Shown here piece by piece: positions 53,131-64,000 of a stretch of DNA of 64,000 bases. The translations under genes were made by a program, and so were the position numbers. Within the stretch, counting starts at the first letter, position 1. Each line of letters starts with the position of its first letter. The stretch comes from Ophelia neglecta (lineage: Eukaryota). The notes beneath the pieces are model-generated. The model was not told the origin of the DNA and ran no database searches. It was given only the letters and a program-made list of their open reading frames with translations. The stretch lies in NCBI GenBank assembly GCA_965285935.1, contig OZ260664.1:88350001-88414000 (forward strand), in the 5' to 3' direction.

Positions 53131-53186
53131 GGTCCTCCCTTGACCTCCCTTGACCTCTCTTGACCTTCCTTGACCTCCCTTGACCT
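53131..53186 (-). promoter_or_regulatory. 10-bp repeat forming five perfect AGGTCA half-sites in DR4 spacing
   Basis: TGACCT at 53141, 53151, 53161, 53171 and 53181. Function unproven. Confidence 0.35.
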
Positions 53187-53879
53187 GGGACCAATGATAG
53201 ATCCCAGTATGGTTCCTCTATGGAGCTCACACTCTGTGTTTGACTTCTCGTCACAGCACGTTTTTCAGCCTGAGAGAATCACAAGTCCCGTCTCAAGAGG
53301 CCATGTCATCTCCATTGAGGAGCTTGCCATGCTCTCAATGGAATGGTCCCACAAAGCTCATGAAGAAAGCACCGTTTGATCTAATTACACGACGATTGTC
53401 AGTTCATTATATGTGGATGGCTGTACATGAATACTAGCAGGGGTTGCCGGGTGTGTTGTCAAGGAGGGCCATGGCTGCCATGACAACATGTAATATTTCT
53501 CCGGGCCCAGCTACATACAAATAAAGGTGAGAAGCCATTAACACAGAGTGGCCGGGAGCCAGTAACATGATTTACGAGAGGTAGGTCCTGATTTGAGCGA
53601 TTAACACTGGCACTTGTCACCCTGTCGGTTGTGATACTAATAACACAGCAGCGTTAATTTGCCTCAAACGGACATCTCCACCCTGACCCCAAGATGACCT
53701 TTGTTTTAGTATCTCACCCAATGTCAGTCATATACTACTTACAGTGCCTCTGGTGTTGTTATACATGGAGTGATGAACAAACATAGCTAGGGGATCTCTG
53801 ACAGGAATTAAAAGTTAGCCCCCTAATTTCTTGCTATTTTTTCTATAGTCTATGACACCCCATCCCCTATATTCTTTTA

Positions 53880-54543
53880 AGACCAGTACCTCTAATGACA
53901 AGTCCCTCACCAGACCAGTACCTCTAAGGACAAGTCCCTCACCAGACCAGTACCTCTAAGGACAAGTCCCTCACCAGACCAGTACCTCTAAGGACAAGTC
54001 CCTCACCAGACCAGTACCTCTAAGGACAAGTCCCTCACCAGACCAGTACCTCTAAGGACAAGTCCCTCACCAGACTCACCAGACCAGTACCTCTAAGGAC
54101 AAGTCCCTCACCAGACCAGTACCTCTAAGGACAAGTCCCTCACCAGACCAGTACCTCTAAGGACAAGTCCCTCACCAGACCAGTACCTCTAAGGACAAGT
54201 CCCTCACCAGACCAGTCCCTCTAAGGACAAGTCCCTCACCAGACCAGTACCTCTAAGGACAAGACACTCATAGGACCAGTACCTCTAAGGACAAGTCCCT
54301 CACCAGACCAGTACCTCTAAGGACAAGTCCCTCACCAGACCAGTACCTCTAAGGACAAGTCCCTCACCAGACCAGTACCTCTAAGGACAAGACACTCATA
54401 GGACCAGTACCTCTAAGGACAAGTCCCTCACCAGACCAGTACCTCTAAGGACAAGTCCCTCACCAGACCAGTACCTCTAAGGACAAGTCCCTCACCAGAC
54501 CAGTACCTCTAAGGACAAGTCCCTCACCAGACCAGTACCTCTA
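53880..54543. repeat. 32-bp minisatellite (GACCAGTACCTCTAAGGACAAGTCCCTCACCA), ~20 units
   Basis: Direct reading; variant unit GACACTCATAG occurs twice. Confidence 0.97.
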
Positions 54544-55501
54544 CAGCGTTCTCCCTCATCTGTACATTAGTTTTTCCTTTGATGTACCAAAGATTTTAAC
54601 TTTAGTCTATGTGAGATTAATTTATAGCAATGGGACAGATGGCAATGTCTTAGATTAGCAGCAGTGGATGGTGTGGGCTCTCTGAGGAGTCGTCTCCGAG
54701 CCAATCCCTCCTAAGATAACCAACATTATGGCAGATCGCACTTCCCTAATGAGGCTCTTGTCTGAATTACTGCTTCCTTCTTTCTTGTAGTTAGCAGATA
54801 AAAGCTCTAAGTTTATTGTTTTTTGTGCAGGTAGCATCCATTTGACAGACTACTAAAGCATAAACTTATCTACAAAGACATGATGGCAATACACAATGGG
54901 AAAGTCACTCTGATCAACTGTTATAGCCTTCCTGATTGGCCAACACGGAGAAGACACTCATGATGAATTGTTATAGCTTCTGGGATTGGCCAAGAGAACT
55001 TTATTTGTAGTCTGGTGAGTGACACTGTCAGAAACACCACATAGTTCATACCTGTTATTTTTGTAGCCACATAGCACAGCTATGCTGGGTGTTTCTTTCA
55101 AATGAAATAGGTAAGATGGAAATTGTAAAAGCAGGTTGGGTAAAATAAGTTAAAAAAATTCATGTAGCCAAAGATGTCCTAATTGCTGTTGACAGGCATA
55201 GTGGCAGACAGGTATAGCGCTGAAAAGGTACATCTTTTAATGCCAGAAAAGCAAGGATTAAATTCCTACACCTGTTAACATGTAGAAATAGGCATAGCAT
55301 TGTATGATATCTCCAGCTGATAGTTTGTTTATACACCTAACTCCTACCTACCCCTGGTATAGATCTCATACCCTAGTTTGGCATTTAACCATTATTCACT
55401 ATGTACACTCACTTTTTCTAAATTACTTTATTTTCATGAAGAGCGTTGTTTCCACTGAAGATAAGCCTGATGAGAGTAGCACTCTGTGGGATTATATGGT
55501 G

Positions 55502-55550
55502 TGACCTAGTGACCTAGTGAGAGCTGAGTGACCTAGTGACCTAATGACCT
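55502..55550 (-). promoter_or_regulatory. 8-bp repeat forming AGGTCActAGGTCA (Rev-DR2-like) elements
   Basis: TGACCT at 55502, 55510, 55529, 55537 and 55545. Function unproven. Confidence 0.35.
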
Positions 55551-55899
55551 AGTGCCTTCTGGCCTTGACCTTACTCTCGGCGATATCTAAGTATTTAACC
55601 TTTCAACCCCTCTCGTCATGGTTGCGGCTCTTTCGACCTGCTTGGAAGCTTCTGTCCATTCCACATGGCTTGACACTTTCACATTCTGGCTGGCCCATGC
55701 CATTTGCTCTTTGTTGGGCCTGCTTTGACTCTGATAGCCCACAAGAGGAGTGATGGTTGTTTTAACATTTCAGGGGCGTATTACGGCTGCTTGACTTGAC
55801 CTTCCCTTCCCAGCAGAGGTTATGGTAACAGAGAAATGGAGCCCCTCATCTATACGACTGATTCTTTGAACAGAGGGCACATCCTGGTTTTGACCCCAG

Positions 55900-57003
55900 A
55901 GGTGTCCAGTCATAGAGAGGGATTCGCCAACTGAGAGGGATTCGGCCCAGGGAAGATTCTGGCCACTGAGAGGGTTCCAGGCCACTGAGAGGATTCCAGG
56001 CCACAGAGAGGGTTCTGGCTACAGAGAGGTTTCTGGCCACAGAGAGGTTTCCAGCCACAGAGAGGGTTCTGGCTAAAGACAGGGTTCCAGCTACAGAGAG
56101 GTTTCCAGCCACAGAGAGGGTTCTGGCTACAGACAGGGTTCCAGCTACAGAGAGGTTTCCAGCCACAGAGAGGGTTCTGGCTACAGACAGGGTTCCAGCT
56201 ACAGAGAGGTTTCGAGCCACAGAGAGGGTTCTGGCTACAGACAGGGTTCCAGCTACAGAGAGGTTTCCAGCCACAGAGAGGGTTCTGGCTACAGACAGGG
56301 TTCCAGCTACAGAGAGGTTTCGAGCCACAGAGAGGGTTCTGGCTACAGACAGGGTTCCAGCTACAGAGAGGTTTCCAGCCACAGAGAGGGTTCTGGCTAC
56401 AGACAGGGTTCCAGCTACAGAGAGGTTTCCAGCCACAGAGAGGGTTCTGGCTACAGACAGGGTTCCAGCTACAGAGAGGTTTCGAGCCACAGAGAGGGTT
56501 CTGGCTACAGACAGGGTTCCAGCTACAGAGAGGTTTCCAGCCACAGAGAGGGTTCTGGCTACAGACAGGGTTCCAGCCACAGAGAAGGTTCTGGCCACAG
56601 AGAGGGTTCTGGCCACAGAGAGGGTTCTAGTCATAGAGGATTCTGGCCACAGAGAGGGTTCCAGGCCACTGAGAGGATTCCAGGCCACAGAGAGGGTTCT
56701 GGCTACAGAGAGGGTTCTGGCTACAGAGAGGGTTCTGGCTACAGAGAGGGTTCCAGCCACAGAGAGGGTTCCAGCTACAGAGAGGTTTCCAGCCACAGAG
56801 AGGGTTCTGGCTACGGACAGGGTTCTGGCTACAGACAGGGTTCCAGCTACAGAGAGGTTTCCAGCCACAGAGAGGGTTCTGGCTACGGACAGGGTTCCAG
56901 CTACAGAGAGGTTTCCAGCCACAGAGAGGGTTCTGGCCACAGGGAGGGTTCCAGCTACAGAGAGGGTTCTAGTCATAGAGGATTCTGGCCACAGAGAGGG
57001 TTT
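55900..57003. repeat. 18-bp minisatellite with 54-bp higher-order unit
   Basis: AGCCACAGAGAGGGTTCT-GGCTACAGACAGGGTTCC-AGCTACAGAGAGGTTTCC trimer; explains ORF 55846-57015. Confidence 0.96.
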
Positions 57004-58371
57004 CATCCATACCACTTCCTTCTACCACTTGGCAATGTGCCTGTCAAGGTCTGACATGCATTTGCAATTGGCCTTTATAAACAAAACTATGAGCTGCGAA
57101 ATATCCATTCTCTGATCTAACTGTAATAGGTGAGCTTTTATTAAATTCATAAAGCATTAATTCAGTGAAGTTTTGAAGAAGGAAAGTTGGGGAGAGACTC
57201 AATTCCTTCCCAGCTGGTTCCAGGGGCTCAAGGCTGCAGCACAACAGTAAACACTGCTGCAGGGTACCCTAAGTGTTAATGAGTTTTCTGTAAGCTGCTT
57301 AGCTTTGGAAACTCAGATAAGCTTCTGGCTGAGTGCAGAAGTGAATTGTAAACAAGAAGGCGGTGGATAAATCTGCAGTGTTTTACTGGAGATTTAGTAA
57401 AACTGCAATAGCTTTACCTAAAGACGCTTTACCTAAAGACGGTTGACACCTAAGATAATGATTGACTGCCTTCATGTCTGTATATTTTTTTTCTCTCTTG
57501 ATTAAACTCAACTGAGAGGCTTTATCAGAGCCAAAATGAAAAGCTCATATTCCAATTTGACACTTGCAACTCAGTTACTGAACTCTGTGGTATGGCGAAT
57601 GAAACCCGAGACTGGGCCTGATTACCAGCGTCAGGGATAGGAAACCGGAATCCCTTGAAAACTCTACGCGCTGCCCCCCTTCTTGGCATTCAACATCTCC
57701 ATCTTGACCTTGCTGGAGTTGACCTTTGTGAAAGCACCGTTCACAATTTGTCTGATCCTCATCAAATGGCGAGCAAAACACGTGCCAAACATGTAGGGCG
57801 GCTTTATAGTTCATGAAGTGATTTCCGTTTTATTCATGCATTCATTCACACAATACCAGTCCAGCCTTCCAGCAGGGCGGCCAAGCAGACATTGTAACAA
57901 CAGATAGACAATAATATGACAATTTCATTCCCGGCATGTTACACTGTTACTGTATTAAGCACCAATAAAGCAAATGTCAGCAGAGAACCCACTGTGAAGA
58001 TGTGTTAAACCACCAGCCATCAAACCCGTCCGCCCCTGACAAGTATCTCAGATATTGTTATGAATTTTTGATGGGGACTATCAGAAACTTGGCTGTAGGT
58101 TTTTGCACACACGACCATCCTGGGATAGGATTTAGCTCTCTGGGGTAAATAAAAGGATACAGTGTATTTATTTTGCCTTCTATATGACTTGTTTATTGTT
58201 GGTGAATTGAGCAGAATGGGCCTCACACACTGTGCTGCAGGAAATGATAGGATAATATACCCCATAAGAACACATTTCACTGTATTCTTTCATCATTAAG
58301 AGTACATTTATATGGTTGCCGAGATAGTGCCTTGATATATGGCGACTCTAAATCATAAATTGCACTTTATG

Positions 58372-58880
58372 AATAAGTACAAAACATAGAATAGTTTATC
58401 TAGTAACTTTCATTATAACTCTGATGGAACAATGAGGAAATGTGCCATCGTAATGTGTGTGATAATGTGTGTGGTAATGTGTGTGATAATGGTGGGTGGT
58501 AATGTGTGTGATAATGGTGGGTGATTATGGTGTATGGTAATGTGTGTGGTAATGTGTGTGTTAATGTGTGTAATTATAAATACATAATAAGTACAAAACA
58601 TAGAATAGTTTATCTAGTAACTTTAATTATAACTCTGATGGAACAATGAGGAAATGTGCCATCGTAATGTGTGTGATAATGGTGGGTGGTAATGTGTGTG
58701 ATAATGGTGGGTGATTATGGTGTATGGTAATGTGTGTGGTAATGTGTGTGGTAATGTGTGTGGTAATGTGTGTGGTAGGGCAGGGTAATGTGTGTGGTAA
58801 TGTGTGTGGTAATGTGTGGTAATGGGCATGGTAATGTGTGGTTATGTGTGGTAATGTGTGGTAAAGTGTGGTAATGTGCA
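58372..58880. repeat. ~214-bp tandem duplication containing (GGTAATGTGTGT)n
   Basis: AATAAGTACAAAACATAGAATAG... at 58372 and 58586, each followed by the 12-bp repeat. Confidence 0.9.
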
Positions 58881-60685
58881 TCCAATGCCTTGTATCTCAA
58901 GAAACTTTGTCAAAGCAGCCATTTATTAATACGGTACAAGTAGGAATTACCCGGCTAGGAGATTAACATTCTCTAGTCCTGGTAGATATCAATCATAACT
59001 CCCATCAATCAAATAATTAAACATTAACATATAGAATGGGAGTGATGTGGGAGTGAAATGTCAAGTTTGGGTCGTTATCCTATTACTAGGTGAGAGACAT
59101 ATAAATCATTGTCATGGCGATATGATCTGGTATGATATGATATTCACCTGATACAAACTGACACCAGAGAGGTCCGGGTCAATTCTCATCTGACCCCTCT
59201 GGCATTTCTACTGATCAAATTGACATGCCAAGGCGAACTTCTTAACTGGCGGGGAGGCAGCTAGCCGAAAGATCCAAGATAGTGTAGCAAAATTCATATT
59301 TTCAGGGTGACTAGATTCAAACACTGGCCTTGGGGCATTTTAAAAGTTCCTGGTGTCCTATGATCTCAGTGCGTGGAGAACCAAGGTCATGAGGGGTCAG
59401 GGGAAAACGCTGGAACATGGGTACTCAGGGAGAGTAAGGGCCTAGATGGGTATGTGAGGGAGGAATGCAGTTAAACCACTGTCATGGCATCAGTTAGTGG
59501 TAGTATGTGGTTTATTTATGATAATATCTTATTATTTTTAACACTTGGGCCTTGGCTAAGGTTGTACACAGTATGGCTGGCTAGAGTCTCCATGCTCGTA
59601 GCTCCAGACTGTGTGGCACATTGAAACCTGCCTTAAACCATGACCACTACTACAATCAGACCACTTGTCAACTCAGACCACTCACATGAAGACAAGGCCC
59701 CTGTCAGACTGGCCCTCTTCACAGTTACATTATATGTCCCATGACAAAATGCCCCAGTTGGGGAGTAGTCATTATTTGAAAGAAGAAGAAGAACTACCCA
59801 AATCACACAAAGAAAACAAACAAAGAGAACAGATTTACATTTAACACAATATCCTTATACATGTATTTCCTTAATTTGTCAATTTTAGGGTTAAAAACTG
59901 CAAAACTGAAAGGCTTTTAATAGTAATTAGTGGCCCCCTGAGGACTTCTGATACTTTTAAAACCCAAATACCCACACTGACCTGACCCAACTCTGTGAAC
60001 CTTCTATTAACTACTCATGAACATAATGGCAGGGCTACATTTTCTGCCATAATCAGTAATTTAAAATCTTTGAAGCCTGGTTATGATAGGATGACACAAG
60101 ACCTGCCGGTAGGTGTATTTATTTATTGCTGGGAGTTGGTCAGATGATGTCTGGTGAGAGGCCAGACTCTGTGGCCCTAGTCGGGTCAGGATGTCTAGTT
60201 GTTACCTTGTGGACTAGCCCCCAACTTGGCTATCTCATTTGGCAGTCAGCATGACCTGGCTCACACACAGATGATATGACAGCTTCACCCGCCTAGGGAT
60301 TCACCTGCTCCCTGACAACAAACGAAGACTCCCTGAAAACATCTCCGGTCTACCTGACAACACCCACAGTCCAGGCATCTACCTAAACAAACAGCATGGC
60401 ACAAATGCCAAACAGAATGCTCCCTGACCATGAAACGTCGGGCCCTCCTGCCAAAGTCCAGCTTCTTCTGTGGCTTCTGACAATTCATTATCAAGTACCT
60501 GTCAGAAACTATTTGTAAGAAGCAGGCACTGATACCCAGGAGACCATACAAATAAACAGGCATAAAAACACATATAAATAATATAAAAAAACCTACATCA
60601 TAACCGTTATATCACAAACAAGGCCAAAGATCATGAGCAAACACACACAAGACTGATCTAATAATCATAGAAAAACTGCCTAATG

Positions 60686-62334
60686 TACCAGATGGTATGG
60701 TTGTTATAGGGCCAGACAACCATAACATCTGGTATAGGGCCAGACAACCATACCATCTGGTATAGGGCCATACCATATCACATGGTATAGGGCCAGACAA
60801 CCATGACATCTGGTATAGGGCCAGACAACCATGACATCTGGTATAGGGCCAGACAACCATGACATCTGGTATAGGGTCAGACAACCATGACATCTGGTAT
60901 AGGGCCAGACAACCATAACATCTGGTATAGGGCCAGACAACCATACCATCTGGTATAGGGCCAGACAACCATAACATCTGGTATAGGGCCAGACAACCAT
61001 ACCATCTGGTATAGGGCCATACCATATCACATGGCATAGGGCCAGACAACCATGACATCTGGTATAGGGCCAGACAACCATAACATCTGGTATAGGGCCA
61101 GACAACCATAGCATCTGGTATAGGGCCAACCAACCATAACATCTGGTATAGGACCAGACAACCATAACATCTGGTATAGGGCCAGACAACCATAACATCT
61201 GGTATAGGGCCAGACAACCATGACATCTGGTATAGGGCCAGACAACCATACCATCTGGTATAGGGCCAGACAACCATGACATCTGGTATAGGGCCAACCA
61301 ACCATAACATCTGGTATAGGACCAGACAACCATAACATCTGGTATAGGGCCAGACAACCATAACATCTGGTATAGGGCCAGACAACCATACCATCTGGTA
61401 TAGGGCCAGACAACCATACCATCTGGTATAGGGCCAGACAACCATAACATCTGGTATAGGGCCAGACAACCATGACATCTGGGATAGGGCCAGACAACCA
61501 TAACATCTGGTATAGGGCCAGACAACCATAACATCTGGTATAGGGCCAGACAACCATGACATCTGGTATAGGGCCAGACAACCATAACATCTGGTATAGG
61601 GCCAGACAACCATGACATCTGGTATAGGGCCAGACAACCATACCATCTGGTATAGGGCCAGACAACCATAACATCTGGTATAGGGCCAGACAACCATACC
61701 ATCTGGTATAGGGCCAGACAACCATACCATCTGGTATAGGGCCAGACAACCATAACATCTGGTATAGGGCCAGACAACCATGACATCTGGGATAGGGCCA
61801 GACAACCATAACATCTGGTATAGAGCCAGACAACTATACCATCTGGTATAGGGCCAGACAACCATACCATCTGGTATAGGGCCAGACAACCATAACATCT
61901 GGTATAGGGCCAGACAACCATGACATCTGGGATAGGGCCAGACAACCATAACATCTGGTATAGGGCCAGACAACCATACCATCTGGTATAGGGCCAGACA
62001 ACCATACCATCTGGTATAGGGCCAGACAACCATAACATCTGGTATAGGGCCAGACAACCATGACATCTGGGATAGGGCCAGACAACCATAACATCTGGTA
62101 TAGGGCCAGACAACCATAACATCTGGTATAGGGCCAGACAACCATAACATCTGGTATAGGGCCAGACAACCATAACATCTGTTATAGGGCCAGACAATCA
62201 TAACATCTGTGATAGGGCCAGACAACCATGACATCTGGTATAGGGCCAGAGTCTGGCCCTATACCAGATGGTATGGTTGTCTGGCCCTATACCAGATGCT
62301 AAGGCCCTCTCCTCCTATCCCAGATGTTATGGTT
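60686..62334. repeat. 28-bp minisatellite (TATAGGGCCAGACAACCATAACATCTGG), ~55 units, with inverted units at both ends
   Basis: Direct array 60705-62250; inverted segments 60686-60704 and 62252-62334. Explains the ORFs at 60612-62234. Confidence 0.97.
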
Positions 62335-64000
62335 TCTTTGCTCATAGCACCCAGGTGATTTGGCACATTTCTAGGTAAATGACATCCACCTGAATGGGTT
62401 TAGGAAAGGAAAGAAAGCCATTCACCGTAAAACAAGGTTAGGATGTTTTTCATGTTGCTTGGATCAGGGAGGTATATGTAGTTGCTAAGTTTAGCAGAAG
62501 ATAAGATATCTATATCTATTGCCAGTTTAATTGAGGAAGTCACAGGCTGGTTTTTTACATAACAGGAATGCATAGCTATACAATCTATTACAAGTGGCCA
62601 TTAGAATTATCTGACAAGAAATTGGTTGTCAATTTTATTCTCAACAGATGTCCTCTACTTTGGTTTAAACATATTTATTTACAACGTGATTTTTACAATA
62701 GCAAATGCTAACAAAGCGCAAGTATCACGTAAAATAAAAACGGTAATGATTATATTACAACTATAACATGTGCCAACAGAATAAGAACAAATATTGCATG
62801 CTCCGACAGGTGCGAAAAAGAATGGATGAAGGTATGTATCTTGATTTAAACATCTATTTTGTTTACACAAATGCTGTGAAAATAATATGACAAACGAAGC
62901 AAAGATGATTAAAGTCCTCTGCTTTCCGGTGGGCCCATACTCCATGGATCCAGCCATGGTTCTGAGCTTCTGCCTGCCTGGATTATGGGCCTCTGCTAGA
63001 CCCATAACCAAGCCCTGCTCATGGGTCTCTCATGCCCTTAATCAAGGTCTGTTTGTGAGCTCTGTCCAGGCCAATACCTCAGCCCTGGTGGCTGACCATT
63101 ACCAGCCCTGAGTATGGGCCTCTGGTAGGCCGGTACCCTAGCTTGGTCTGTTTGTGAGCCCTGTCCAGGCCTATACCTCAGCCCTAGCTTGGTGGCAGGC
63201 CTCTACCAGTCTTGGTTATGGGCTTCCAACAGTCCTGGTTATGGGCCTCTACCAGACCTGGTTATCAGCCCTGGTTATGTGCCTCTCATGCCCCTAACCC
63301 AGCTCTGCCTTTGGACACCAGAAGCCCCTGATTCAGCTCTGGTAAGGCTCCTGTCTAGGCCTGGTAAGGCCTGTGAATAGAATTATTTACTTGACAAGGT
63401 GGTCTGGTGAAAATAAATCCACATCTTTTAAGAGGGAACTGAGGAACTCATATAATGTAAGATTTCCATGCCTACCCTGTAGATCCATCCCAACCCACTT
63501 TATTAAGAGGGCTTTCGACACACATCATATCCCATCAAATTGTCAAAACAGACCCGAGAAGGAACCACAACAGTTCTTCCTTACTTAATAAGTACTTTTT
63601 GTTGATGATAGAGAAATTTGTTTAGATTGAATTCAATCTGATATCAGTTGCCAGGCATGGGCAATTAGGTATATGATTTATTTGCCACGGTGTACAACGC
63701 ATCGCCGCCTTCTCTCATCCACGTGATTGGCCAATGTAATTATAAGTAAAGCTGGTTCTAACACTTCCAGGATGTGTGCCAAATTCACCGAAAACTCCAC
63801 AGGTTTCACACGAGAAATAAATGATTAGCATACAAGGTTCCTGCATTGGTATTTGGGATACTTGTCTCTCTAGGTGAACATAGTAGGCCTTGGGTAGGAG
63901 AAAATCTAACTCATTCCTTGTGCATCTTGTCAACTTAGTACATGTAGGCAATTATTTTTAAGATGATATCGTTTTATAATGCTGTTTGGGTGCTACTTTA

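Noticed and set aside
60612-62234. 497-540-aa ORFs on the minus strand
   Set aside because: Translation of a 28-bp unit that has no stop on that strand; all three frames give the same cyclic peptide.

Overview
Non-coding animal genomic DNA, not prokaryotic. The SINE/MITE repertoire suggests an invertebrate, probably a mollusc or other lophotrochozoan (inference). I cannot support any protein-coding gene: every long ORF in the track is a translated minisatellite, SINE or low-complexity tract. About a quarter of the window (~16 kb, summed by eye) is ~20 unrelated minisatellite arrays with 10-59 bp units. The rest carries four copies of a tRNA-derived SINE, several TA-targeting Tc1/mariner(pogo)-type MITEs, other degenerate non-autonomous DNA elements, and an apparently identical 2,819-bp tandem duplication (42083-47723). 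The strongest functional signal is on the minus strand at 41048-41143: a strong 3' splice site fused directly to a consensus 5' splice site (TTTCAG|GTGAGT), with a second donor (CGG|GTAAGA) 33 nt downstream. This is the architecture of a recursive-splicing ratchet point / RS-exon and suggests the window lies inside one very long intron. Other notable signals are TA->TACATGTA / TACCGGTA insertions that look like transposon excision footprints (two shown against sibling repeat copies), arrays of perfect nuclear-receptor half-sites in DR4 and Rev-DR2 spacing, and a minisatellite capped by fold-back inversions at both ends. All coordinates were read by eye and may be off by a few bases.
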